A DNA stretch of 64,000 bases from an uncultured bacterium. GTDB lineage: Bacteria; Fidelibacterota; Marinisomatia; Marinisomatales; UBA1611. Location: positions 64,001 through 128,000 of the forward strand of contig CALSPG010000001.1 of assembly GCA_943788175.1 (NCBI GenBank), read 5' to 3'. Every line of letters begins with the position of its first letter. Positions within the stretch are counted from its first letter, which is position 1. Below, in pieces: positions 8,667-18,906 of this stretch. Both the position numbers and the translations under genes were made by a program. The notes under the pieces were generated by a model, which saw nothing but the letters and a program-made list of their open reading frames with translations, made no database searches and was not told the origin of the DNA.

Positions 8667-11348
8667 ATGATAAATAAAATTACAATTATCTCATGTCTTA
8701 TTTTTTCAATAGTTTACTCGAATACAATAACTGTTCCTGATGACTATTCATCTATTCAAATTGCGATAGACAATGCTGAAGAATTAGATACAGTTTTAGT
8801 TTCACCGGGGTTTTACCAAGAAAACATAAATTTTAATGGTAAAAACATTGTAATTACTTCTTCGTATGAATCTCAGAATGATTCCCTGGTGATTTCTACG
8901 ACAATTATTGATGGTGGCGATAATAGTTCCGTAGTTGTTTTTAATAGTAGCGAAAACGAAAATGCAGTTTTAAAAGGTTTTACGATTCAAAATGGTAATG
9001 GTTTTTTTGCGGATCCAGATGAGAATGGGACATTTTATACATACGGAGGAGGTATTTACTGCAAAGGTTCATCACCTGTATTAAAAGATTTAATTATTAA
9101 AAATAATTCGGGCAATGAAGGCGGTGGTGGCGGAATTTTTTGTTATGAAGCTTCCCCTACAATATCGGGATGTATTATAACTGAAAATTCAACAGATGAT
9201 GTGGGTGGTGGCCTTTATGCCAGGTTTTCTAATCTATCTATTTCCAATACCAATTTTATTTCAAACGAAGCTGATTTAGGCGCGGGTTGCTATTTACGAA
9301 ATGAATCAATCCCGAACTTAAATAATGTTGAATTTAGAACAAATATTGCCGCTAATTCTGGAGGTGCTATAGTTTTAAAAGATAATGCGGATGCAGTTTT
9401 CACGAATTTAAAAGTAATAAGTAACGAAGCTGAAGGTCTTGGTGGAGGACTTTATATAAATAATGCTGATCCGAGTTTAGGTCTTGCTCTTATAGCTTTA
9501 AACGTTGCTAGTGCAGGTGGTGGCGTTTATATGCGCAATAATTCAAATCCAATTTTTAATAATATAACTCTGGCATATAATAGCTCAGGCTTCGATGGAG
9601 GTGGAGGAGTCTATCTTAGAGATAACTCTGACTTACTTGTTTCAAATAGTGTATTTTGGGAAAATGGAGATTCGCAGTTTTATTTTCGTGATAGTGGTGA
9701 TGAAGTAGAACTAACTATATCATATAGTTTAGTTCAAAATAATCAAAATGGCGTAGAGGATAATAATAATGGTGATTTAAATTGGGGGCAAGGGATGCTT
9801 GAAGGTGATCCTTATTTTTGTAATGGAGAGGCTGGTGATTTTAGTGTTCGAGAAAATTCTTCATGCATTGATGGAGCTTCTGATGGTGGTTTGGTTGGTT
9901 TTTTAGGAGCTGGATGTGGACCTATTAATACTGGTCCTGTTTGGTATGTGAGCGAATTGGGAAATGATTCAAGTGATGGCTCAGTAGAAACTCCTTTTTC
10001 GTCAATACAAAAAGCAATCGATGTTTCTGTAAATGGGGATACAGTAAGATTGTTTACTGGTGAATATATTGAATCATTTGACTTTTTATCAAAGCAAATA
10101 GTTTTTGAATCCAGAGCTGAAGAGTTAGATAATGATACTATTGCTTTACAGACAATAATTTCTGTTGGGCCTTTAGGTGGTTCATGTATTGAATTAGTAG
10201 GGCAAGATGCTGCTAATGTTGAAATTAAAAATATGACTTTTTCTGGAGGGCAGAGTCAAATAGGTGGAGGTATCTACATAGAGAGCTCAAGTCCAAAACT
10301 TTCAGGAATTTTTGTTGAAAACAACACTGCTGAAGTAGGCGGTGGTCTGTATATAAATCAATCTAATGTTGAGCTGGTTGATGTTACTGTTTTTAATAAC
10401 GGTGCTAATTTTGGTGGCGGTGTTTATGCCACTGGTTCTTCTGTTAGTATTATTAGTTCATCCCTTGATAGTAATCTAGCATATTGGGGTGCTGGTATTT
10501 ATTCCGAAGATTCAAATTTTGATATAGAAATGTCAGATTTGAAACGAAATTATGCTCTAATTGAAGGAGGCGCTGTCTATCAAAGTGGTAATAGTTTTTT
10601 TGTAAGTGAATGTGCTATTTTTGAAAATTCAGGTTTAGATTTTGGCGGAGCTTTGGTCTCTTACAACGGTTTATTAGATGTCCAAAATAGTACTATTGCT
10701 GGAAACATTTCTAATTTTGGTGCTGCATTCAATTTAAGAGAGTCTGCATTAACGATAAAAAATTCAATAGTCTGGGAGAATGGACAGAATAGCTTGTATG
10801 TGGCCGCTGGCAATCAGTCAAGTATGATTTCCATAGATTTTTCAGATTTTTATGGAGGAGAGAACTATCTTTCTGAAAACCCAAATGTAATTTTAAACTG
10901 GGGACTTGGTAACTTTGATGTCGATCCACTTTTTTGTAATGCTTCTAATGGTGATTTTGCACTTCAAGAAAACTCAAGTTGTCTAGTCGCGAGTGATTCT
11001 TCAAGTTTTATTGGAGCGATTGAACAAACCTGCAGCCAACAACTTAGTTTAAATGATAATCTATTACCTATGGATTATAAGCTTTACCAAAATTACCCAA
11101 ATCCTTTTAATCCCAATACGACTATTAGATACACAATCGCAAAATCAAATATAGTTAACCTGTCAATATTCTCAATAAATGGTACGCTAGTAAAGGAATT
11201 AGTCAATGGTTATATGCCAATTGGAAATCATGCGTTAGTATGGGATGGCTCTGATAAAAATAACAATAGAGTTGCATCGGGTGTTTACCTTTACAGATTA
11301 TCAAACGGTGATAAGGTTGTAAGTATGAAAATGATTTTATCTAAATAA
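8667..11348 (+). CDS. Secreted right-handed parallel beta-helix protein (two tandem modules, DUF1565-like) with a FlgD/T9SS type-A-like CTD
   Basis: Signal peptide; many GGG[IVL]Y/GGA repeats; two 'SIQ.AID....DTV' starts and two 'DP.FCN...GDF...ENSSC' ends; terminal QNYPNPFNP...WDG...SGVY. Confidence 0.85.
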   Translation: MINKITIISCLIFSIVYSNTITVPDDYSSIQIAIDNAEELDTVLVSPGFYQENINFNGKNIVITSSYESQNDSLVISTTIIDGGDNSSVVVFNSSENENAVLKGFTIQNGNGFFADPDENGTFYTYGGGIYCKGSSPVLKDLIIKNNSGNEGGGGGIFCYEASPTISGCIITENSTDDVGGGLYARFSNLSISNTNFISNEADLGAGCYLRNESIPNLNNVEFRTNIAANSGGAIVLKDNADAVFTNLKVISNEAEGLGGGLYINNADPSLGLALIALNVASAGGGVYMRNNSNPIFNNITLAYNSSGFDGGGGVYLRDNSDLLVSNSVFWENGDSQFYFRDSGDEVELTISYSLVQNNQNGVEDNNNGDLNWGQGMLEGDPYFCNGEAGDFSVRENSSCIDGASDGGLVGFLGAGCGPINTGPVWYVSELGNDSSDGSVETPFSSIQKAIDVSVNGDTVRLFTGEYIESFDFLSKQIVFESRAEELDNDTIALQTIISVGPLGGSCIELVGQDAANVEIKNMTFSGGQSQIGGGIYIESSSPKLSGIFVENNTAEVGGGLYINQSNVELVDVTVFNNGANFGGGVYATGSSVSIISSSLDSNLAYWGAGIYSEDSNFDIEMSDLKRNYALIEGGAVYQSGNSFFVSECAIFENSGLDFGGALVSYNGLLDVQNSTIAGNISNFGAAFNLRESALTIKNSIVWENGQNSLYVAAGNQSSMISIDFSDFYGGENYLSENPNVILNWGLGNFDVDPLFCNASNGDFALQENSSCLVASDSSSFIGAIEQTCSQQLSLNDNLLPMDYKLYQNYPNPFNPNTTIRYTIAKSNIVNLSIFSINGTLVKELVNGYMPIGNHALVWDGSDKNNNRVASGVYLYRLSNGDKVVSMKMILSK

Positions 11349-11458
11349 GGTTTTATTAATTATTAAGTAATTTTTTGTTTTTTTTTAAACAATTTTAAAA
11401 AAAATCTAACTTTCTGCTTATAAAGAGCGGATTATTGTTATATTTAGCTCTACTTATT

Positions 11459-12202
11459 ATGAAATTGTTTAATTTTAAAAAGAAAATATTTTGTCTTGTT
11501 TCAATGACTGTTTTTATAAGTGCATCTGATCTTGGTGATTTTGCTGGTAATTGGGAAGGTTATGAATCGCTCAATAGCCCCTCATCAAATTATCAAGATA
11601 AACAGATTTACATTAATATTCGAACAGATGATGTTGAAGACACTAGCCTAGTTTACGTTTCTAATTCTTATTTCATTTATAATGGCTATCTAGATTGGGC
11701 CGATCATTACTTTTCTAATAACAAGAATGATAATATTATAACATTTTCGAGAAGATTCAATACGCCACTTGGGATAATAGGTACTCAAAATCTTGCATAT
11801 AAAATCTTAGATCATACTCAGGGAAGAATGTCTCTTGAATATATCTCTACTGATAGTACAACTATTCACAAGATCAGTGTCAGCATCGCTTCACTTGAAC
11901 TAATGTCAAATAATATTCCCAATTCTGTAAAATTAAAACCTAACTACCCGAATCCTTTCAACCCGTTGACAAGTATACCAGTTGTAGTTAAAAACACAGG
12001 CGAAGTCACAGTCAATATTTACGATTCAAATGGCGCATTTGTTAAAGAGGTTTTTAAAGGTATATTGAATTCAGGTGAGTTTTTATTTCGATGGGATGGT
12101 ATTAGTCAAAGTGGTAATAAAATGAGTTCGGGGCAATATTTTTGCAAATTAATTATAAATAACGAAATTGTAGCCTCAACAAAAATGATTTTACTTAAAT
12201 AG
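11459..12202 (+). CDS. Small secreted protein with a FlgD/T9SS type-A-like CTD
   Basis: ATG at 11459 gives a signal peptide; about 130-aa beta-rich domain; NYPNPFNP...WDG...SSGQY...KMILLK. Confidence 0.8.
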   Translation: MKLFNFKKKIFCLVSMTVFISASDLGDFAGNWEGYESLNSPSSNYQDKQIYINIRTDDVEDTSLVYVSNSYFIYNGYLDWADHYFSNNKNDNIITFSRRFNTPLGIIGTQNLAYKILDHTQGRMSLEYISTDSTTIHKISVSIASLELMSNNIPNSVKLKPNYPNPFNPLTSIPVVVKNTGEVTVNIYDSNGAFVKEVFKGILNSGEFLFRWDGISQSGNKMSSGQYFCKLIINNEIVASTKMILLK

Positions 12203-12233
12203 CGTTTATTTAAGATATTTAAAAAAATACTTA

Positions 12234-15200
12234 GTGTCTCAAATTAAAATTTTTATTTACCTATTTATCTTTTTTTCTCAAGCGAACGCAACGTGGCTTG
12301 AGAATATTCCACAAAAAATAAAACAGTCTAATGGTCAAGAGTTTGAATTATTTGCCTCTGGAGATCAGTATGCCCACAGGTTGCATGATAAAGATGATTA
12401 CACGATAGTTTTAAACCCGAATGATGGTGATTTTTATTATGCTGAAAAGATTGTCGATGACATTCTTCCCTCGGGCTACAAGGTAGGGTTGGTTGATCCC
12501 AAGCGAACAGGTTTGATACCCGGGTTAAATATTAGTAAAGAGAGATATCTAGAAAAAAAAGAATACTATGAGCAAAGCATGTCTTATAGAAATGGTCGTG
12601 ATGCGCCTACTTCTGGTAATTTATCACAGTTAAATGTTTTTATAAAGTTTGCTGATGATCCAAATTTTCCATTTAATCGCGATTATTATGATGTCCCTTT
12701 TAACTCAACAACAGAAGCTTCAATAAAAGATTATTATTATGAGGTTTCTTATGGAACGCTTACTGTTGATACCTACCATTATCCCCCAAGTATTCTAGGT
12801 TCAAACACATCTTACACTGATAGTAGAAACCGGGGATATTACAGTCCTTACTCTGCAACAAATACAGAAGGTTACCAAACAGATGATGAGAGAGCCACTC
12901 GAGAACATTCTTTGCTTAGAGATGCTGTAGTAGGAATACAGAACTCTGTTCCTGAAGATTTAAATATCGATGCAAATAACGATGGGTATGTTGATGCCTT
13001 GTCTTTTAGTATCAATGGCAATGTTGATGGGTGGTCTGAACTTTTATGGCCTCATCGTTGGGCATTGTTTTCATATGATGTTTATATTAATGGTGCCAGA
13101 GTTTATGACTACACTTTTGAGTTAACCGAAAGTTCCTATTTTACTGCTGGTGTTTTATGTCACGAATTTTTCCATGTGCTTGGTGCTCCAGATCTTTATC
13201 ATTATGATGGAGGAGGCGCTCCAGATGCTGTTGGAGGTTGGGATATTATGGAAAGTACCTCCAACCCTCCTCAATATATGGGTGCATTCTTAAAATGGAA
13301 GTATGGAGATTGGTTGCCGGAAATTCCTGAAATCAACTCTTCAGGTAGATACATGTTAAATCCGCTTCAACAGCAAGACAACGTTGCTTTCAAAATTGCA
13401 TCGCCGAATAGTGAAACAGAATATTATGTCGTTGAGTACAGAGTGAAAGAAGGTCGATATGACTCAAATACGCCTGGTTCTAGAGATGGTTTGCTGGTGT
13501 ACCGTATTAACACAGAAGCTGGAAATGGAAACGCTCAAGGGCCACCAGATGAAATATATCTTTACAGGCCGGGAGGTACACTCACTTCACAAGGGAGTTT
13601 TGTTTCTGCTCCTTACAACGCTTCATGGTCGCATACTGAAATAAATGATTTTTCTAATCCTGAGCCATATTTATATAATAATGGTATTGGAGCGAGTGGT
13701 GGTTTGAATTTATTAAATGTTGGAACAGGTGGAGAAACAATTTCTTTTACAGTCTCAATGGGCTCTCCAACAATTGAATTAAATCAAAGTAATATCTCTT
13801 TTAATTTGGAACCAAATGAATTTCAAGCTCAGAATATTTCTTTGGTAAATGGTGGTGACATAGAAACATTACTAATGTTTGAATTGAACTCTGCAAACTT
13901 ACCTTTTGCTAATCCCAGTAGTGGCCCCGATGGAGGTGGTTATTACTGGTCATCCTCATCCGTTGATACCTCTCTAGATTTTAGTTGGATAGATATTGAA
14001 AATTCTGGTACACAGGTTCAGTTCGTCAATAATGATGATTCTCCAAGTCCAGTATCGATAGGATTTAATTTCCCTTTTTTTGATAGTGAATATTCTGAAG
14101 TTTTAATTAATCCAAATGGCTGGATAGGGTTTGGTGAAGATAGTCCAAGCTGGTCAAACATCAGTATACCCAATGAAAATGCACCGAAACCAGCAATAAT
14201 GGCTATGTGGGATGATTTAAACCCTAATAATGATAACGGGAATACATCATCTGCTGGTGATGTTTATTATTATAATGATATTGAAAATGGCTACTTTGTT
14301 ATTTGGTATGATAATGTTGTTACTTGGCAAAATAATGCGGTCTCTGGCGAGTTTGATTTTCAGGTAGTATTGCATCAAGATGGCACTTTTCAACTTAACT
14401 ATAATGAAATTATTGGGAGCGCTAGTTCGGCAACAATTGGCTTCCAAGATGCGAGCGGTATTAACGGCTCATTAATTTCCTTTGATGAGGATATTTTAGC
14501 TAGTCAACAAACTATATTTGTATCGAAAGCCAGCCAATCTGATTGGCTAACGGTTGGAACTCAGACTGGAGAAATGAGTGGACTGTTAGGTGGGGGGCAA
14601 TCTTTTAATATTAACCTCATGGTTAACACAAATGGCATGGAGATTGGTAGCTACTACAGTTCATTGACTATCTCATCCGATCAAGTTGAATCTCAAACAG
14701 TGCCAATTGAATTAGAAATTTCGGGTGAGAATACTTCCATAATTTTACCATTTATTGATATAAATCAAGATACATTGGGAATAGTTGATATTCCAGAAAA
14801 TGTAGATACGAGAATCTCAACAGTATTTGAAAAATATACTCATTTAGAAATATCGGAAGGTGTCGTAATCCCAATCTTGGCACAAGGCGAGGTCGCAAAT
14901 AGTCAAATCCTACATGTGAAAAAGATACTAAAAGAGTTTTTAACCGATGTTGTCGGAACAGGATGGGGTGCAAATAAAACAGCTGTTATTAATGCTGTTT
15001 CAATGAGTAATGCATTCCTGGCGCTATTGAACGATGAAAATGAATATGGAAATCCAAATGTCCAATTACTGTTTAGTAGTGGTGCGAAAGGTCAAGATAT
15101 CCTTGGTACAGAAATTTTTTATGAAGGAACGAATGATTATATGAATAGCACAAAAAGAGATGCTACGTATGAAGAGGTTTTGCACTTTGTTCACAACTAT

Positions 15201-16202
15201 GGAATAGTAAATGCTCTTCCTTCAATGCAGTTAGCAATAAATCAGGCTATGAATAATGCTATTGAAAATGGTTTTTACGCGCCTCTTGTTGAGATTCCAG
15301 TTGAGGATCATGATGACGAGTATATTGCTTTAGCGATGGAAGTTTATTTTGGTCTTTGGGCTCATGACCCAGAAGGAAACGGCTGGGCAGGTGGACAAGA
15401 ATATCATTTTATTAATCGAGAACAAATGGTTCAAGGTGATTCACTTGGAGCGGAGTTGGTAAAATCATTTTTCGGGGAAAATTTTCGTTATATTGCTGAA
15501 CTTCCTTATTCTTTTGAAGGGTCTTTCAGTATGAGCCTCGACTCGAGTTTGTCGTACACAAATAGATCAAGATATCTTCAAAATGTTAGGGTATTAGGCG
15601 GAAATGACGTTGAAGTCATCGGCAATGATTTAAACAATATTGTTTTTGGAAACTCAGGTACTAATCAATTTACGGGTAAAGGAGACAATGACTATTTTGA
15701 TGGTGGTGATGGAATTGATAGAGCTGTTTTTTCTGGTAGTTATGGTGAATATGCAGTTTTTGAGAGCGCTGATTGGAATAATTACCAGCCCTTTGTTGTT
15801 GATTTATATTCAAATAGGGATGGAGCTGATACTTTGTTAGATATTGAAGAGATGGATTTTAATGGCGTTATATACGGCTTAGGAGAAGAGCTAAATACCA
15901 ATATAAGTAATTTTATAATTGATGAATTCAAGTTATTTCCAAGCTACCCGAACCCTTTTAATTCTTCCACTACTATAAATTTTAATTTACCAAAAGAATC
16001 TACTGTGAATTTAGTTATTATTGATTTACTTGGACGCAAAGTTAGGACGATATTAGATGATGAAATAAAAAATATGGGTTCCTATCAAGTAAAATGGCAT
16101 GGCTATAATGACTCTGGCTCCTTAGTTCCTTCTGGTATATATTTAATTCACTTTACGAGCGAATCATTTTCTAAGCATTTTAAGACAGTTCTTATTAAAT
16201 AA
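12234..16202 (+). CDS. M6 (immune inhibitor A-like) metalloprotease, multidomain, with CTD
   Basis: HEFFHVLGAPDLY (HExxHxxGxxD), WDIM Met-turn, LWPHRW; then a nidogen-like domain, an EEVLHFVH domain, RTX-like GG repeats and an SYPNPFN CTD. Confidence 0.88.
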   Translation: MSQIKIFIYLFIFFSQANATWLENIPQKIKQSNGQEFELFASGDQYAHRLHDKDDYTIVLNPNDGDFYYAEKIVDDILPSGYKVGLVDPKRTGLIPGLNISKERYLEKKEYYEQSMSYRNGRDAPTSGNLSQLNVFIKFADDPNFPFNRDYYDVPFNSTTEASIKDYYYEVSYGTLTVDTYHYPPSILGSNTSYTDSRNRGYYSPYSATNTEGYQTDDERATREHSLLRDAVVGIQNSVPEDLNIDANNDGYVDALSFSINGNVDGWSELLWPHRWALFSYDVYINGARVYDYTFELTESSYFTAGVLCHEFFHVLGAPDLYHYDGGGAPDAVGGWDIMESTSNPPQYMGAFLKWKYGDWLPEIPEINSSGRYMLNPLQQQDNVAFKIASPNSETEYYVVEYRVKEGRYDSNTPGSRDGLLVYRINTEAGNGNAQGPPDEIYLYRPGGTLTSQGSFVSAPYNASWSHTEINDFSNPEPYLYNNGIGASGGLNLLNVGTGGETISFTVSMGSPTIELNQSNISFNLEPNEFQAQNISLVNGGDIETLLMFELNSANLPFANPSSGPDGGGYYWSSSSVDTSLDFSWIDIENSGTQVQFVNNDDSPSPVSIGFNFPFFDSEYSEVLINPNGWIGFGEDSPSWSNISIPNENAPKPAIMAMWDDLNPNNDNGNTSSAGDVYYYNDIENGYFVIWYDNVVTWQNNAVSGEFDFQVVLHQDGTFQLNYNEIIGSASSATIGFQDASGINGSLISFDEDILASQQTIFVSKASQSDWLTVGTQTGEMSGLLGGGQSFNINLMVNTNGMEIGSYYSSLTISSDQVESQTVPIELEISGENTSIILPFIDINQDTLGIVDIPENVDTRISTVFEKYTHLEISEGVVIPILAQGEVANSQILHVKKILKEFLTDVVGTGWGANKTAVINAVSMSNAFLALLNDENEYGNPNVQLLFSSGAKGQDILGTEIFYEGTNDYMNSTKRDATYEEVLHFVHNYGIVNALPSMQLAINQAMNNAIENGFYAPLVEIPVEDHDDEYIALAMEVYFGLWAHDPEGNGWAGGQEYHFINREQMVQGDSLGAELVKSFFGENFRYIAELPYSFEGSFSMSLDSSLSYTNRSRYLQNVRVLGGNDVEVIGNDLNNIVFGNSGTNQFTGKGDNDYFDGGDGIDRAVFSGSYGEYAVFESADWNNYQPFVVDLYSNRDGADTLLDIEEMDFNGVIYGLGEELNTNISNFIIDEFKLFPSYPNPFNSSTTINFNLPKESTVNLVIIDLLGRKVRTILDDEIKNMGSYQVKWHGYNDSGSLVPSGIYLIHFTSESFSKHFKTVLIK

Positions 16203-16336
16203 ATAAAAGATATTTGTAAGTGTTTTTCCTCGATTACTCGTTCTTATATTAGTCGGTGTAAATTTATAGTTTTCGCATGCGTTTATTAACATGCAAGTAG
16301 TTTTATTGATAAGTAATTAATAATTAATTTTAATTA

Positions 16337-16342
16337 AAGGAG
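16337..16342 (+). promoter_or_regulatory. Shine-Dalgarno site of pilA, preceded by an A/T-only enhancer-like tract
   Basis: AAGGAG 5 nt upstream of the ATG at 16348. Confidence 0.75.
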
Positions 16343-16347
16343 TTTTT

Positions 16348-16755
16348 ATGAAAGTATTAAAAAAATTGCGGTCTGGTTTTACTATGATAGAAATTATGGT
16401 TGTTGTTGTTATTGTCGCGATTTTAGCTGCGATAGCACTTCCAATCTATCTTGATTATGTCCAGAGCTCTTACGCTTCGGAAGCTAGGACAGTTATGTCA
16501 AATGTCCATAATGCGGCAAAAATGTATTATCAGACTAAAGGTGAATGGCCGGGTGATGTTGAGCAGTTAGAGAGATCTGGGCAACTTGATTTAGATAGAT
16601 CTACAAAGCTTAAGTGGACTTTTGAGTTGCAATTACCTGATAGATTAAGCGCGACAAGTACCGAGGAGATGACGGGTGGTGCTGGAAAAGTCGTGTCTTT
16701 TGATGCTCTAACCGGAAAATTCAAGGGGTATGGTTCACCAGAAGATAATCAGTAG
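16348..16755 (+). CDS. pilA: Type IVa major pilin
   Basis: Short basic leader, G|FTMIEIMVVVVIVAILAAIALP (F1, E5, P22); strong RBS; first gene of the pil cluster. Confidence 0.92.
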   Translation: MKVLKKLRSGFTMIEIMVVVVIVAILAAIALPIYLDYVQSSYASEARTVMSNVHNAAKMYYQTKGEWPGDVEQLERSGQLDLDRSTKLKWTFELQLPDRLSATSTEEMTGGAGKVVSFDALTGKFKGYGSPEDNQ

Positions 16756-16757
16756 CC

Positions 16758-17810
16758 ATGGACCTTAATCAATTATTATCGTACAGTATCGACAGCGGTG
16801 CATCTGATTTGCACTTGAGTGTTGGCTCGATTCCTATGGTACGTATTAATGGAACAATGAAGCCTCTAAATCTCGATGTTCTGATACAAGAGGATATCGA
16901 AAAAATGTTACCCGAAATAATGGACAAGGACCAGCTGGCAATATTTAAAGAACAAAAAGAAATAGATTTCTCGGCTAAGCTTGAAGGTAAGGGTAGGTTT
17001 AGGGTTAATTTTTTCAATCAAATAAATGGCCTTGCCGCTGTATTTAGAACTATTCCTGACAGTATTAAAAGTTGTGATGAGCTGGGTATTCCTCCATTTA
17101 TGCAGGACTTAGCAATGATTGATAGGGGTCTTGTCCTTTTGACTGGGCCAACTGGTTCTGGTAAGAGTACTACTTTAGCAGCAATGGTTGACCATATTAA
17201 TAGAAATAAGGCTTGTCATATCATAACGATTGAGGACCCTGTAGAATATTATCACCACACGAAAGAAAGTTTGATTAACCAGAGGGAGTTAGGCGCGAGT
17301 ACCCATAGTTTTTCAAATGCTCTAAGAGCTGCTTTAAGGGAGGACCCTGATGTTATATTAGTTGGCGAGATGAGAGACTTAGACACTATTTCATTAGCTT
17401 TGACGGCAGCAGAAACTGGTCACCTTGTTCTGTCTACTCTCCATACATCTAGTGCAGTAAAGTCAATTGATAGAATTATTGATATTTATCCATCAGGACA
17501 AAAAGATCAAATTAGATCGATGTTATCTGAATCTCTAGAAGCTGTTATCTCCCAAAAGCTATTGCCTACTAAGGATGGTAAAGGTCGGGTACCAGCCTGC
17601 GAGGTTATGATATCAAGTACAGCAATTAGAAATCTTATTAGAGAAGATAGGGTATTCCAGATAACGTCTGTAATTCAGTCCGGCGGAGTTGAGGGTATGC
17701 AAACTTTGGATCAGGATTTACAGCGATTGGTAACCCAGGGGAAAATTGAGCGTAAGGTTGCAATGGAGATTGCTGACAACCCTAAGCTTTTTAAACAAAA
17801 TGTGTTGTGA
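16758..17810 (+). CDS. pilT: Type IV pilus retraction ATPase
   Basis: Walker A GPTGSGKS, Walker B ILVGE, TGHLVLSTLH, and the PilT signature AIRNLIRE. Confidence 0.97.
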   Translation: MDLNQLLSYSIDSGASDLHLSVGSIPMVRINGTMKPLNLDVLIQEDIEKMLPEIMDKDQLAIFKEQKEIDFSAKLEGKGRFRVNFFNQINGLAAVFRTIPDSIKSCDELGIPPFMQDLAMIDRGLVLLTGPTGSGKSTTLAAMVDHINRNKACHIITIEDPVEYYHHTKESLINQRELGASTHSFSNALRAALREDPDVILVGEMRDLDTISLALTAAETGHLVLSTLHTSSAVKSIDRIIDIYPSGQKDQIRSMLSESLEAVISQKLLPTKDGKGRVPACEVMISSTAIRNLIREDRVFQITSVIQSGGVEGMQTLDQDLQRLVTQGKIERKVAMEIADNPKLFKQNVL

Positions 17811-18289
17811 TAATGATTAGAAAAACAAGTAGCGGAATAGGTTTTATTGAAGTCATGACAGCGGTTGTAATCATTTCAATTGCTGCTCTAGGTATTCTTA
17901 TGGGTGCAGTTCATGCTCGAGGAGAACTTCATGCTCTAGAAGTAAAGGAGCGCGCAACGGAAGAGCTTCTAAATCATATGGAATACTGGAAAGGAAGAAT
18001 TGCTGATGGTGTTTTATCCTCTTCCGAATGGAGTGGTGATTTACAAGGTGATCAAATTTATCTTTTTGGAAACGCTCAATCTAGTTATAAAGTAAAAGCA
18101 ACATTGTATTATGATATAAATAAGCTCGAGGGCACAACAGAGCATGGGCCAACAGATTTTAGAAGATATCAGCTTGACTGTTGGATAAAATGGAAAGATT
18201 ACATGCAGACGCCAGCTAATAGGTGGAGCGATAAGGTTGAAAAGGAAAGAAGACTTTCTACTGTAATGGCTGTCTTTGATATTGGATAA
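17807..18289 (+). CDS. Minor pilin (PilV/GspI-like)
   Basis: Class III signal SG|IGFIEVMTAVVII (E at +5); position in the cluster; start may be the ATG at 17813. Confidence 0.75.
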   Translation: MIMIRKTSSGIGFIEVMTAVVIISIAALGILMGAVHARGELHALEVKERATEELLNHMEYWKGRIADGVLSSSEWSGDLQGDQIYLFGNAQSSYKVKATLYYDINKLEGTTEHGPTDFRRYQLDCWIKWKDYMQTPANRWSDKVEKERRLSTVMAVFDIG

Positions 18290-18906
18290 TGATTTTATTA
18301 AAAACATCTAAAGGTATGACATTAATTGAGATGACCGCGGTTGTTGTAGTTACTAGTATTATTGCTCTGGGAATGACAATGGGTACACAAGGCGTTTTAT
18401 TGCATTATCAATCTGACCATGTCAGACAAGATTTAAGACAATATGGAAGCAATGTAATGCGAGAAGTGGTCAAAGAGTTAAATCTGGCACAAAAAGTCGA
18501 AGTTGATGGTCTCAATGGCTTCTCAAGAATAAAACTATTTAAGTTCTATAATGACCTTACGCCATCGATGGTTATATCCTGCCATCAAACTAATGGAGTT
18601 CAGTTTAATTATGCTGTTCCACTAGATGGGACTCTTAAATTTCCTAATTTTGGAGCATTTAGAGGTAACGGGCAGAGGAGTATCTGGATAAAAGATTTTG
18701 TTGTAAATAGCGAGCCAAGCTCTAGGCCTGGTTTAACAGCCTTTAAACAGTCCTATTTACACCTTGAGTTAACCTTATCAATGGATCAAGACGTATTCAC
18801 TAATGGTCAAACTACCTCCGAGGATCATTATTTTCACAGAGGAGTATTTTTAGGGCAATCCTTTATTATGAAAAAACTTACAAATGACCAGTCTCAGATT
18901 TCATAA
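18289..18906 (+). CDS. Minor pilin (PilW/GspJ-like)
   Basis: KG|MTLIEMTAVVVV class III signal; TAATG coupling. Confidence 0.78.
   Translation: MILLKTSKGMTLIEMTAVVVVTSIIALGMTMGTQGVLLHYQSDHVRQDLRQYGSNVMREVVKELNLAQKVEVDGLNGFSRIKLFKFYNDLTPSMVISCHQTNGVQFNYAVPLDGTLKFPNFGAFRGNGQRSIWIKDFVVNSEPSSRPGLTAFKQSYLHLELTLSMDQDVFTNGQTTSEDHYFHRGVFLGQSFIMKKLTNDQSQIS

Noticed and set aside
11370-11404. T-run/A-run inverted repeat after the beta-helix gene
   Set aside because: Almost purely A/T stem; too weak to call a terminator
16275-16294. GCATG-N10-CATGC inverted repeat upstream of pilA
   Set aside because: Only 5-bp arms; no independent support as an operator or riboswitch
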